The notes beneath the pieces were generated by a model, which saw nothing but the letters and a program-made list of their open reading frames with translations, did not search any database and was not told the origin of the DNA. The translations under genes were made by a program, and so were the position numbers. DNA of 64,000 nucleotides from Candidatus Methanoperedenaceae archaeon (GTDB lineage Archaea > Halobacteriota > Methanosarcinia > Methanosarcinales > Methanoperedenaceae), in the NCBI GenBank assembly GCA_963753595.1, contig CAVWCX010000018.1, positions 62,262 through 126,261 on the forward strand. Direction: 5' to 3'. Shown here in pieces: positions 39,701-48,419 of this stretch (the first letter of the stretch is position 1; each line of letters begins with the position of its first letter).

Positions 39701-39766
39701 AGCAAGATCAAGAGCTGCCTGGATCCCGGCGATGCCCCCACCCACTACCGCTACTGAGCCTTTCAT
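36707..39766 (-). CDS. hdrA: Large HdrA variant with two FAD-binding modules (1019 aa)
   Basis: VVGGGIAG and VLGGGVAG Rossmann motifs; internal RIGVFVCHCG domain; two CVG(S/A)R...CC motifs. Confidence 0.93.
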   Translation of the reverse strand: MKGSVAVVGGGIAGIQAALDLADSGFKTYLIESRPSIGGVMSQLDKTFPTNDCAMCILSPKLVETARHPNIELISYSDVKSISGKAGDFKVKVVKKARFVDETKCTGCGSCTEKCPSKVPDEYNAGMSKRKSIYIPFAQAIPRIATIDAAHCLFLTKGKCGVCKKVCGPKAVDYEQKDKEIELNVGSVVLATGFKPFDPSILKNYRFDHPDVITSLQFERLLSASGPTQGHVTKQSDGKVPKNIAFIQCVGSRNPRIDRKHCSSVCCMYATKESIIAKEHDTGLDITIFHIDIRAYGKNFEEFYNRAQREYGIKYINSRPPEVVVGANNALSLKYEDFNTGDLKSQDFDLVVLSIGLDPADSTRELAQSSGIALDDFGNIATSIENPVESSVAGIYVCGVAQGPKDIPDTVAQASAAASKAAALLSGERGTLIKERKFPDEKQLSPLPRIGVFVCHCGINIGSVVNVPNVVEYAKTLPGVAHAREMLYACSSDSQVTIKDAIANHDLNRVVVASCTPRTHEPLFQNTCREAGLNPYLFELANIREHCSWVHMKEKEKATEKAKGIVQMAVAKSALFQPLYKQQVSLINKALVLGGGVAGMTAALDIANNGYHVTIIEKEKELGGMLREMTELYDGKKPADVLKELTGKVNGNKNIKVINEAKLIKVEGYLGNFKGVVLAAGKELTIDFGAAVIATGARNLEPSGLFNYGKDSRVVTQAQFEKMLGKGISANNITMIQCVGARNKEREYCGRTCCVDAVKNAIRVKKANSKANVFVLYRDMRTYGVMEKLYENARDLGVIFIKYEAENPPKVQGGSVIVHDSMLNQDIELASDHVVLSTPLVAGENEEINQLFKIPLDKNKFFLEAHPKLRPVDFATDGVFLCGSAQAPKLIDEAISQASAAASRACTILSRKFIETEGAVSVVNEAKCIGCGTCVTVCPYNAPSLYDVTVKVEEVTYTTKKSKINAASCKGCGSCAAACPAGAITAQHFSSKEIGEAIDAFDKGVKSISIEKGIVEVTV

Positions 39767-40696
39767 TCTGACGCCTCCGCTTCCTCTGCTTTAGTCCCTT
39801 CTGTAGTTGCGCCTTTTACTTCCACTTTTCTTTCTCCCCTGCCAATAGAATCTACAAGTTTTGATGTTGACACCATATTCTTATCAAGCTCAAGTTCTTT
39901 TTCACTTATTCCCATGGCAAGCCCGATAAGCTGGGTAAAATAAAGGACAGGCATATCTATAACAGTATTATGCGCTTTCTCGATCATTGTCTGCTGGCCG
40001 TCAAGCAGCATGTGGCACATAGGACAGGCTACAACCACGCAATTTGCACCAGTTGCTTTTGCTTCATCGAACAGCTTCTTCGTGAGGAGGAATGCATAAT
40101 CCTGTTTGCTCATAAGAAGATTCCCGCCGCAGCATTTTGTCTTCTGCGTTAAAAGGAAGACAATCTGCGCCTGTTGATTTTATCAGGTTATCAAGAGACA
40201 TGGGATTTTCAGGATTATCAAATTTTGAAACTTCAGAGGGACGAACAAGAAGGCAACCATAATAAGCAACCGCTTTTATGCCTTTTAATGATTTTATGAA
40301 TTTTTTTGATAATGCATCAGTCCCGATATCATTTACCATGAAATCCAGAAGATGTTTTATCTTTACGCCATTGTATTTTTCACCAAGGGCCCTTTCGATC
40401 TTTGTCCTGAAACCGGCATCATTTTTCATTGCTGTATCTGCTCTTGAAAGATTATGCGAGCATATGCTGCACGGGATAACAAGGTCAAGACCTGTTTTCT
40501 GTGCTTTAAAGTTGTTGCGTGCTGACAAACCCATTGAAAGTTCCTTATCAAAAATAGCTTCAAGGGCACCGCAGCAGTTCCAGTCATCGATCTCGACCAG
40601 CTCAACACCTGCTGCCTTACAAACTGCTTTTGTGGAAGCATCGTATTCCCGCGCCGTGCCGTGAAGAGTACATCCCGGATAATAAGCAAGCTTCAT
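39763..40696 (-). CDS. hdrB: Heterodisulfide reductase subunit B, split by a +1 frameshift at about 40149-40154
   Basis: YYPGC, WNCCGA, YYGCLL in frame 1. Removing one base gives PFTQKTKCCGGNLLMSKQ...CPMC, restoring the second CCG motif. Confidence 0.9.
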
Positions 40697-41262
40697 TTTT
40701 TCTCCACTTCCTCAAAAATACGCTTTATTTCATTTGTACCTTTGATCTTATGAGGCATGATACTCAACTTTCCTTTCAGGAACAATCCAAGACCCATCGG
40801 AGCATAGCCGATAGCTCCCCCGATACCTTTTGTCTTGAGCATGAATGTGCCGCTGACGCCTGCTTCATACCATTTGCCATTACTTTTTACCGACTCAATG
40901 AAAAGATGATCGAACTGGGGTTTGTTATTAGAGATCTTAATATTCCCGGCTTTTGCCTCTCTCTGGGCGATCGCCCGGATCGCTCCTATCACTTCTGTTA
41001 TTTTAACGTCCTGCGGGCAGCGTTCATAGCAGATATAACAGGATGCACAAAGCCACAATGAATCATCGGTCAGGACTTCTTTTCTCATACCGAGGAGGGC
41101 TTTACGAAGTATCATCCTGGGATTATAGGATTTATCAATTTCCGTCACCGGGCAGCCAACCGTACAACCGGTACAGTTAAAGCATTTCTTTATATTTTCA
41201 CCGCCGGGTTCATTTGATATCTCATATTTAAAATTCGGATCAAGATCGCTTGATTTAATCAT
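40693..41262 (-). CDS. hdrC: Heterodisulfide reductase subunit C
   Basis: CFNCTGCTVGCP and WLCASCYICYERCP. Confidence 0.93.
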   Translation of the reverse strand: MIKSSDLDPNFKYEISNEPGGENIKKCFNCTGCTVGCPVTEIDKSYNPRMILRKALLGMRKEVLTDDSLWLCASCYICYERCPQDVKITEVIGAIRAIAQREAKAGNIKISNNKPQFDHLFIESVKSNGKWYEAGVSGTFMLKTKGIGGAIGYAPMGLGLFLKGKLSIMPHKIKGTNEIKRIFEEVEKK

Positions 41263-42299
41263 TTTCCCGCCTCCATTTGTCTTGCCAGGAATACGCTAAG
41301 GTCAACAACATCAAAATCATACTTCTTTACTGCATCTTTTTCAGTCTTCAGGCAATTAAAATGAGCAAGACATTTTGAACATGTGGTAATAAGGGTCTTT
41401 GTGCCTGTTGCTTCGGCTTCATTCATCCTGGCTATACGAAGCGCTTTTGTCTGCTCATTGCAGTTCATGAAATTACTCACCCCACAGCAAAGGGCGTTTT
41501 CTTTTGAGTGTTCCATCTCTTTAACAGTAACACCGTTTGCGGCGAGCGCTCTTCGGGGAGCATCATATTCTCCCATGTGCCTTCCCAGCCTGCATGGGTC
41601 ATGATATGTAACATCAGCATTGATTTTTAATCCAAGTTTGTCCAGCAGCTGTGAAATATGAACAACTTTAATACCAAGGTCATAATCCTTTGAAAAAGTA
41701 CGATAACATTCGGCACAGCTTGTGACAAGGGTATCGATACCGCTTTCCAATATGTATTTTTTATTATAGGCCTTAAGGCCATCGAAAGCATCCTTTTTTC
41801 CCTGCCAGAGGACATCATGGCCGCAGCATTTCATATTTAATACCTGTGGTTTCATACCCAGTTTATCAAGAAGCTTGACAGATGAAGTCGTTATTTCCCC
41901 AAAATTTGTTTTTACATCATGCAGGAATAAGTCAAGTGAGTCCACGCATCCGGGGAAGAAACCGATTTTTGAATCGCCGGACTTAGTAACCATGTTCCCA
42001 GCTATATTCCCATCCAGTTTAGAACTCAATTGCGCAAGCTCAGTGAATACACCAAGATGCGCAACAGCCAGAGGTTCTTTCCCCTGCCTTTCTTCCCGGA
42101 TAAAGCTCAGGAAATCCACCTGCTGGGGACATTCAATTGGACATAACCCGCATGTCAGGCAGGTCCAGATATCCTGAGTTTCAAGCCCATATACATTAGC
42201 ATTATAAATGGAGCTTCGGGGAGAGGTCTTTGATACTCGCCGCATAGGGCATATGGATGTGCATTTGCCGCACTGATAACACGATTGTACGTTACTCAT
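41259..42299 (-). CDS. HdrD-like Fe-S oxidoreductase (2[4Fe-4S] plus two CCG domains)
   Basis: CYQCGKCTSICP, WTCLTCGLCPIECP, FFPGC, CCG, TYHDPCRLGR, CCG, CSKC. Confidence 0.88.
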   Translation of the reverse strand: MSNVQSCYQCGKCTSICPMRRVSKTSPRSSIYNANVYGLETQDIWTCLTCGLCPIECPQQVDFLSFIREERQGKEPLAVAHLGVFTELAQLSSKLDGNIAGNMVTKSGDSKIGFFPGCVDSLDLFLHDVKTNFGEITTSSVKLLDKLGMKPQVLNMKCCGHDVLWQGKKDAFDGLKAYNKKYILESGIDTLVTSCAECYRTFSKDYDLGIKVVHISQLLDKLGLKINADVTYHDPCRLGRHMGEYDAPRRALAANGVTVKEMEHSKENALCCGVSNFMNCNEQTKALRIARMNEAEATGTKTLITTCSKCLAHFNCLKTEKDAVKKYDFDVVDLSVFLARQMEAGK

Positions 42300-42450
42300 T
42301 TTGTACCCATCATATTTAATTAGTTTGTAACGTTTTTTTAATGTGTAGTAGGATTAATTGCTTTTAAATCTTTCGTTTTTTAGCGAAGCGTAGATGCATT
42401 ATTATCAATATTACGTCATTATTAATAATGGAACATAACTATTAATCATG

Positions 42451-42609
42451 TTACTTTACCTTCGAACCCCTGTCGCCATAGTATAATATAACATTATTAA
42501 CTTCATAGCTTGTGGGTTCCCTGTTGTTTTCCATCTCAAATATGTCAATAATTGCACTGAACGTGCAATGCAGCCTGTCAGTTGTTTTTCTTTTGCTATG
42601 TCTTGTCAT
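42451..42609 (-). CDS. 52-aa small ORF upstream of the hdr operon (not in the ORF track)
   Basis: MTRHSKRKTTDRLHCTFSAIIDIFEMENNREPTSYEVNNVILYYGDRGSKVK; TATA-like TTTATTATA about 30 nt upstream. Confidence 0.5.
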   Translation of the reverse strand: MTRHSKRKTTDRLHCTFSAIIDIFEMENNREPTSYEVNNVILYYGDRGSKVK

Positions 42610-42844
42610 ATTTACAATTGATGTAAATGAGATCAGTTATAATAAAGATTTTGGTTCGTATAAGTACGAATGAAATGATTTATTATGATGAATAAAGAAT
42701 TAGCCCAAAAATATGGGGGAAGCTTATAGGCGATTTATAAAGGGGACGGTGGGAAAACCGGGACAAATTATAAACCCTTGAATGTAAGATTATAAATAAA
42801 TGGAATACTTGCATCAAATATAAAAAAGATAAACAGGTGACTAT

Positions 42845-43708
42845 ATGGCGATTCTGGATAATCTCAATATCACGGACATCCTCTGGGTATTCGTATTTAT
42901 TTCATTCTTTATACCTGTGATACAAAAGCGGATGCTGTTGTTGAAGCGTCAAATGATCATGCGTTCTATTGAGACAAAGCGCAATAGCCGCGTGATCAGT
43001 ATGATACACAGGCAGGAAGTCATGAGTCTCTTCGGGTTCCCGCTTGCCAGATACATAGATATTGAGGATTCTGAGGCTGTTCTTCGGGCAATACGAATGA
43101 CACCGCATGATATGCAAATCGACCTTGTGCTTCATACGCCAGGCGGACTTGTACTTGCCGCGGAACAAATTGCCTGCGCCCTTAAACGCCACAAGGGAAA
43201 AGTAACTGTTTTCATCCCTCATTATGCAATGTCCGGCGGTTCACTGATAGCCATGGCGGCTGACCAGATCGTTATGGACCCAAATGCAGTCCTTGGCCCG
43301 GTCGATCCGCAGCTTGGCGGGCCCCAGGGGTACTATCCCGCGGTTTCCATACTTAAGGCGCTGGAGCAGCCAAACCCTAATCGGGATGACCAGACCCTTA
43401 TTCTTGGCGATGTGGCAAAAAAGGCTATTGACCAGGTATATGAAGCCGTATATTCCCTGCTGCTTAAGCACAATACTCCTGAAAAAGCAGCAGAACTTGC
43501 AAGAATGCTCAGCGAAGGGCGGTGGACACATGATTATCCGATTGATTTTGAGCAGGCAAAGGAAATGGGTTTACCAGTTAATGACAAGATGCCCAGGGAA
43601 GTCTATGAACTTATGGAACTATACCAGCAATCGGGCATGCGCCGGCCTTCTGTCGAGTTCATTCCCACCCCATATATGCCACATGTTCCGCCTGGAAAGG
43701 GAAAGTAA
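42845..43708 (+). CDS. SDH_sah/ClpP-class membrane-anchored serine protease
   Basis: LHTPGG, AMSGGSLIA, LGPVDPQ, WTHDYPI. Confidence 0.9.
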   Translation: MAILDNLNITDILWVFVFISFFIPVIQKRMLLLKRQMIMRSIETKRNSRVISMIHRQEVMSLFGFPLARYIDIEDSEAVLRAIRMTPHDMQIDLVLHTPGGLVLAAEQIACALKRHKGKVTVFIPHYAMSGGSLIAMAADQIVMDPNAVLGPVDPQLGGPQGYYPAVSILKALEQPNPNRDDQTLILGDVAKKAIDQVYEAVYSLLLKHNTPEKAAELARMLSEGRWTHDYPIDFEQAKEMGLPVNDKMPREVYELMELYQQSGMRRPSVEFIPTPYMPHVPPGKGK

Positions 43709-43742
43709 ATTGGGCAGTGGATTCAATATCCTTAGATGATTC

Positions 43743-45071
43743 TTATCCGCTTCCCCCAACCATCGCCCTATTAACAAGCACATGCGGCGCCCCGTCGCTG
43801 ACAGGCACAAGCTGGCCTGCTTTACCGCATCGTCCTGAATTCATCTCCAGGTCATTTCCAACTGCAGATACATTATTTAGTATTTCAAGAGTATTCCCTG
43901 AAAGGGAGACATCCCTTAGTGATGTTGTCAATTCCCCGTTCTTTACTATGAATCCTCGCTCTGCATTGAACTGGAAAACTCCTTCGCCTGGATTCACCTG
44001 GCCCCCACGTGAGCCTTTTAGATAAATACCGTCTTTTAATTCCGAGAGCATTTCATCAAATTTCATTCCGTCCGGGGCTATGAAGGTGTTGCTCATTCTT
44101 ATCACGGGTCTTGCATACCCCTGGGCGCGTGAATTCCTGGATTCACCGCCAAGTTTTCCTGCTGTTTCCCTTGAATGGATAAAGGATTTCAGGACACCGT
44201 TCTGTATCAATGTAGTTCTCTTTGATTTTGCGCCCTCATCATCAAAAGGATAGTATCCATATTCATGAAGGGACGGGTCATCATAAACTGTAACAAGAGG
44301 AGATGCTATTTGTTCGCCAATTTTTCCCGAAAGGATAGAATTTCCTTCAAGAACATGGTCTGCTTCTACTGCATGACCAACTGCCTCATGGATAAAAACA
44401 CCGGCAAGTTCCTGGTCAAGGATCACAGGGTAGGTTCCTGCTTTTGGCGTTTTTGCAGATAGAAGCTCTATTGCAGTAGTAGCTGCTTTCCGGGCAAGTT
44501 CAAAAGCGTCATATTTCTTAAATATCTCAAACCCCATTACCCCAAACCTGGATTCCCTTCCGATCTGGTAAACACCTTCTGACTGCGCAATTGAGCTTAT
44601 TGCAAAACCAATGCGAGTTAACGTATATTCGCAATCAAGTCCTTCGGAACTCGAATATTTGACATTTACCAGAGATTCGGAATACACGGCATTTGTACTT
44701 TGTATCCCGTCTTTTTTTGCACTTTTTTCAATTTCCAGAAGTAATTTGACTTTATCTTCAATGGGAATATCCTGGGGTTTTTCCTTTATTTCAGGAAGGT
44801 CCGCAATATCAGGTTTATTTACAGGGGCAAGCTGGATCGGGCTTCTGGGGCTTCTATTTTTTGCAGACTCAGCAAGCCTTCCTGCAGATGAGATCGCAGC
44901 TTTAAGATCTTCACAAACGCCATCCAGGGAAACAAATCCCCATGAACCGCCATTCAGGACTCTTACAGCTCCTCCACTTGAGAAATTATTAGATATCTCT
45001 CGTATCTCTCCATTATCAAGAACGATAGAAGTGCTTACACTCTTTATAATACGTGTATCATAAAAATCCAT
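43743..45071 (-). CDS. tldD: TldD family metalloprotease
   Basis: HEAVGH..EAD, DDEG, RMSNT, CGK.GQ.VPV. Confidence 0.93.
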   Translation of the reverse strand: MDFYDTRIIKSVSTSIVLDNGEIREISNNFSSGGAVRVLNGGSWGFVSLDGVCEDLKAAISSAGRLAESAKNRSPRSPIQLAPVNKPDIADLPEIKEKPQDIPIEDKVKLLLEIEKSAKKDGIQSTNAVYSESLVNVKYSSSEGLDCEYTLTRIGFAISSIAQSEGVYQIGRESRFGVMGFEIFKKYDAFELARKAATTAIELLSAKTPKAGTYPVILDQELAGVFIHEAVGHAVEADHVLEGNSILSGKIGEQIASPLVTVYDDPSLHEYGYYPFDDEGAKSKRTTLIQNGVLKSFIHSRETAGKLGGESRNSRAQGYARPVIRMSNTFIAPDGMKFDEMLSELKDGIYLKGSRGGQVNPGEGVFQFNAERGFIVKNGELTTSLRDVSLSGNTLEILNNVSAVGNDLEMNSGRCGKAGQLVPVSDGAPHVLVNRAMVGGSG

Positions 45072-45078
45072 GGATTTC

Positions 45079-46992
45079 TCACACTATGCTTATTTGCTTT
45101 GTTTCAGGGATTGGGATAGCGAATTTTGTTCGTGAAGCGAATTTTTTAAGAGTAGCGATAAGACCATCCTTTTCCACACCAACAAGGCTGTGTTCCAATA
45201 CCTCTTCAATATTTGATACAGGGATTATTCTTATCAGATCCTTGTATTCATCTTCTATGAGCACATCTCCCATATTTGATTTTGGAATAAGGACTGTTTT
45301 TATTCCGGCCAGTGCCGCTGCTTCTATCTTGTATGTAACGCCTCCGACTGGCAATACATCGCCCCTGACCGAGAGTGAACCGGTCATTGCTACTGTCTGG
45401 TCAACAGGTATTCCCTGGATAGCAGAAAGTACTGCCGTGGCTATGGAAATGCTTGCTGAATCACCTTCTACGCCCTCATATGTTCCCACGAACTGGATAT
45501 GGACATCCATTTTGGATATATCCTTGCCTGTGGTCTTCTTGATAAGCGCAGAAACATTCTGCACAGCCTCACGTGCTATATTTTTCAGCATTCCTGTGGC
45601 TATTATGTGGCCTTCGGATGTGGATTGCGTTGGTGTGACCTCAGCTATTATCGGAAGGACTATACCCGAATCCTCACCCATGACAGCAAGACCATTTACC
45701 CTTCCAACCTGTGCGCCTTCCTTTATATAGAGCTTATAATCTTTTCTCCGCTCAAGATACTGGTATGCAAGCTGCTGTTCAACTGAACGGGCAATGCTCT
45801 TTGCTTTTAATACATGTGCAGCAGTGGTGAGCGGTGCATTTTCCCCGTGAGCAATATCCCCTGCAACACGGACAAGACCTCCAAGATCCCTGAGTTTAAG
45901 TGTCAGATGCCCTTTTCTTCCTGCGCGGCGGCGTGCTTCGCGGATTATCTCTTCAACAGCCCCACTGTCAAAATGCGGTATCTTGCCATCTCTTGCGACT
46001 TCCTGGGCAACGAACCTGACAAGCTTTTGCCTGTTATCAGGCGTATCCTCTATGGTATCGCTCATATATACTTCGTATCCATACCCTTTTATACGTGAGC
46101 GAAGGGCGGGATGCATTCCCTTGATAGCGTCAAGATTCCCTGCTGCCACCATTATGAAATCACAGGGTACTGGGTCGGTCTTGACCATTGCGCCGCTTGA
46201 ACGTTCAGATTGTCCTGTAATTGCAAATTCTTTTTCCTGGAGTGCGGTCAAAAGACTCTGCTGGGATTCGATCCTTAGCGTATTTATTTCGTCAATGAAC
46301 AATACACCTTTATGGGCTTTATGGATAGCACCGCTCTCGACCCTGTCATGAGCTGGTGTTTCAAGTCCGCCTGACTGGAACGGGTCATGGCGCACATCGC
46401 CAAGAAGCGCGCCTGCATGCGCGCCAGTGCCATCAATATAAGGGGCGATCTCCTTGCTCTTGTTTGACACGAGAAGTTTGGGGATCAAAGCAGTTTCTTT
46501 TGGCATGAACTGGCGCATCATCATAGCTATTAATACGGCAGCTATGATTCCCATTAGATATTCCCCCACGAAAAATGAATATCCTACGATGCCAAGGACC
46601 AGCAGCATAATGAACATATTACGCGCTGTTGTTCTTTTTTGCGCTTCAACTTTGTGGGCATCTGTGATCTCTTTACCTTTTCCGGCAGGTACTATGCGTA
46701 TCTTTGGATTATTGGAATCATCAGGATTGTTATATACAAGTACATCCTGCAATTCCTCTTTTGGAAGCAGTTCAGCCATTGCTTTTGCAAGCATTGATTT
46801 TCCGGTGCCTGGTGTTCCAAGCATCATTACATGTCTTCGCTGGTTTGCCGCTTTTCGTACTACTTCCACGGCATGTTCCTGGCCAATGACCTGTTCGATC
46901 AATTTTTTGGGAACCTCAATATCTTTAGTGGATGTTATTTCTAACCCGCCAAGAAGTTCATGGTTCTTTTCTTCGTTTTCAGTATTTTCCAT
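45079..46992 (-). CDS. lonB: Membrane-bound ATP-dependent protease LonB
   Basis: GTPGTGKS, TM insertion, FIDEI, EGDSAS, PVGGVTYK. Confidence 0.96.
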   Translation of the reverse strand: MENTENEEKNHELLGGLEITSTKDIEVPKKLIEQVIGQEHAVEVVRKAANQRRHVMMLGTPGTGKSMLAKAMAELLPKEELQDVLVYNNPDDSNNPKIRIVPAGKGKEITDAHKVEAQKRTTARNMFIMLLVLGIVGYSFFVGEYLMGIIAAVLIAMMMRQFMPKETALIPKLLVSNKSKEIAPYIDGTGAHAGALLGDVRHDPFQSGGLETPAHDRVESGAIHKAHKGVLFIDEINTLRIESQQSLLTALQEKEFAITGQSERSSGAMVKTDPVPCDFIMVAAGNLDAIKGMHPALRSRIKGYGYEVYMSDTIEDTPDNRQKLVRFVAQEVARDGKIPHFDSGAVEEIIREARRRAGRKGHLTLKLRDLGGLVRVAGDIAHGENAPLTTAAHVLKAKSIARSVEQQLAYQYLERRKDYKLYIKEGAQVGRVNGLAVMGEDSGIVLPIIAEVTPTQSTSEGHIIATGMLKNIAREAVQNVSALIKKTTGKDISKMDVHIQFVGTYEGVEGDSASISIATAVLSAIQGIPVDQTVAMTGSLSVRGDVLPVGGVTYKIEAAALAGIKTVLIPKSNMGDVLIEDEYKDLIRIIPVSNIEEVLEHSLVGVEKDGLIATLKKFASRTKFAIPIPETKQISIV

Positions 46993-47540
46993 ATTTTACC
47001 TGATATATAAGTAATTAGTTTATTAGCCTTAAAGATTATCGTATTTAGGGAAATGATGATAATTAGAATATGCCTTTAAATCTTTTTCGCCGCAACATCC
47101 AAAAAGTCTATACGATTTAACTTATATTAATCATAGTGTTTATCTTATTTTTTGAGCTTAAATTCAAATATTTTTTAGCCATATACTATTTTAAGATGAT
47201 TTTATATGGATATAGTTAACGATTCAAAGTTTATCAAATAATTCGGAAAAGTCGATCCTCTGAAAGTTCCCGGAGGGGAGGGAACAGATGCAGCAGCCGG
47301 AAAAGCACAATACCTTTACACCCTTTTTTACGCTGTTGCGGTTCACCAATGCGATATGAGGGGCGATCTTGGGGTGGGTGAGTAAGTAGATAGCTTTGCG
47401 TTTTATCCCTGTTTTCCCTTCCAGAGCGCGGGAATGCCAGACATAGAGACTGACATAGGACTTTTTGTGTGCCTCAGAGGGAAAAACTAATGCCGAAAGG
47501 TTATATCCTTTGAGAACACATATACTTTTGTGATTATCAA

Positions 47541-47777
47541 ATGCTTAGTGAAACACTGGTTTCAAATGGATATCAAACCGTAGTGCCTGCAAAAATAAGG
47601 AAAGCACATAATATAACGCCGGGCGATGTTCTTGAATGGAAAGATACGGAAAAGGGGATAGTTGTACAGCCACGCAAAAAAAGAACCCTGCTCGATATTA
47701 CAGGACTGGTAACCACAAAAGGTTTACCCAATGCGGTCGAACTTAAAAGGAAACTGCAAAGGGGAGAAAAAATATGA
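47541..47777 (+). CDS. vapB: AbrB/MazE-type antitoxin (VapB)
   Basis: YQTVVPAKIRK..NI.PGD.LEW. Confidence 0.88.
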   Translation: MLSETLVSNGYQTVVPAKIRKAHNITPGDVLEWKDTEKGIVVQPRKKRTLLDITGLVTTKGLPNAVELKRKLQRGEKI

Positions 47778-48154
47778 TTTTTGTGGATTCCTCTTATTTT
47801 ATTGCCCGAATAAAAACAGACGACAGATGGCACAACGAAGCCCTGAATCTCAAAATTACTGACCCGCTTCTTATTTCCGAGCTTATCATGAGTGAGAGTA
47901 TAACAATGGTCGGCGCTTTTAATGGGGGGAAGGCTGGAAAAATATTATACGAATTTTTTCTGGACAATTGCAGAATAGAATATCTGGATGAAGAGATGAT
48001 GGAAAAATCAATGGACACATTTCTAAAATATAATGGGACTATATCTTTGGCAGACTCAGCCTCTATTGAAATAATGAAAAAACATGATGTAAAGAAGATC
48101 ATTTCATTTGATAGTGATTTTGATAAGATCAAAGGAATAGAGCGGGTTTTCTAA
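47774..48154 (+). CDS. vapC: VapC PIN toxin
   Basis: IFVDSS, ISLADSAS, ISFDSDFD. Confidence 0.92.
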   Translation: MIFVDSSYFIARIKTDDRWHNEALNLKITDPLLISELIMSESITMVGAFNGGKAGKILYEFFLDNCRIEYLDEEMMEKSMDTFLKYNGTISLADSASIEIMKKHDVKKIISFDSDFDKIKGIERVF

Positions 48155-48178
48155 CTTTTCTTCCATGGAAGAACTAAA

Positions 48179-48295
48179 ACCGTGAGCAGAAATATCAACG
48201 CCTGTGGGGATCAGGTTGTGTCCCTGCGAAAATAGCATTTTTAACGCATAGGAAACTATAAAAGCATAGCCCAAACGGGTGGCTTATTATTCATC
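48179..48295 (+). mobile_element. Probable IS200/IS605 (tnpB) right-end remnant
   Basis: ACCGTG..ATCAACGCCTGTGGGGAT translates as TVSRNINACGD, like the TnpB C-terminal TVG.TGINACG. Followed by AGGAA and an imperfect GCCC-aaac-GGGT hairpin ending in TTCA. Confidence 0.5.
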
Positions 48296-48419
48296 GGAAA
48301 AATTGATGTTATTGATCAAATTATTGGTATTTTTCGCTTACATCTCATTTCGTTGATAATTTAACTATCGAGAACTTTTATATAGTTATACTTTATTCCT
48401 AATAAATCGAGGAAGATAT

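Noticed and set aside
40145-40156. Programmed -1 ribosomal frameshift in hdrB
   Set aside because: Repair needs a +1 shift, TTTTAAC is not a canonical XXXYYYZ heptamer, and similar indels recur in unrelated genes.
47245-47480. RNase P RNA or SRP RNA in the GC-richer intergenic stretch
   Set aside because: The hallmark GAGGAAAGUCC/P4 partner and SRP helix-8 motifs were not found.
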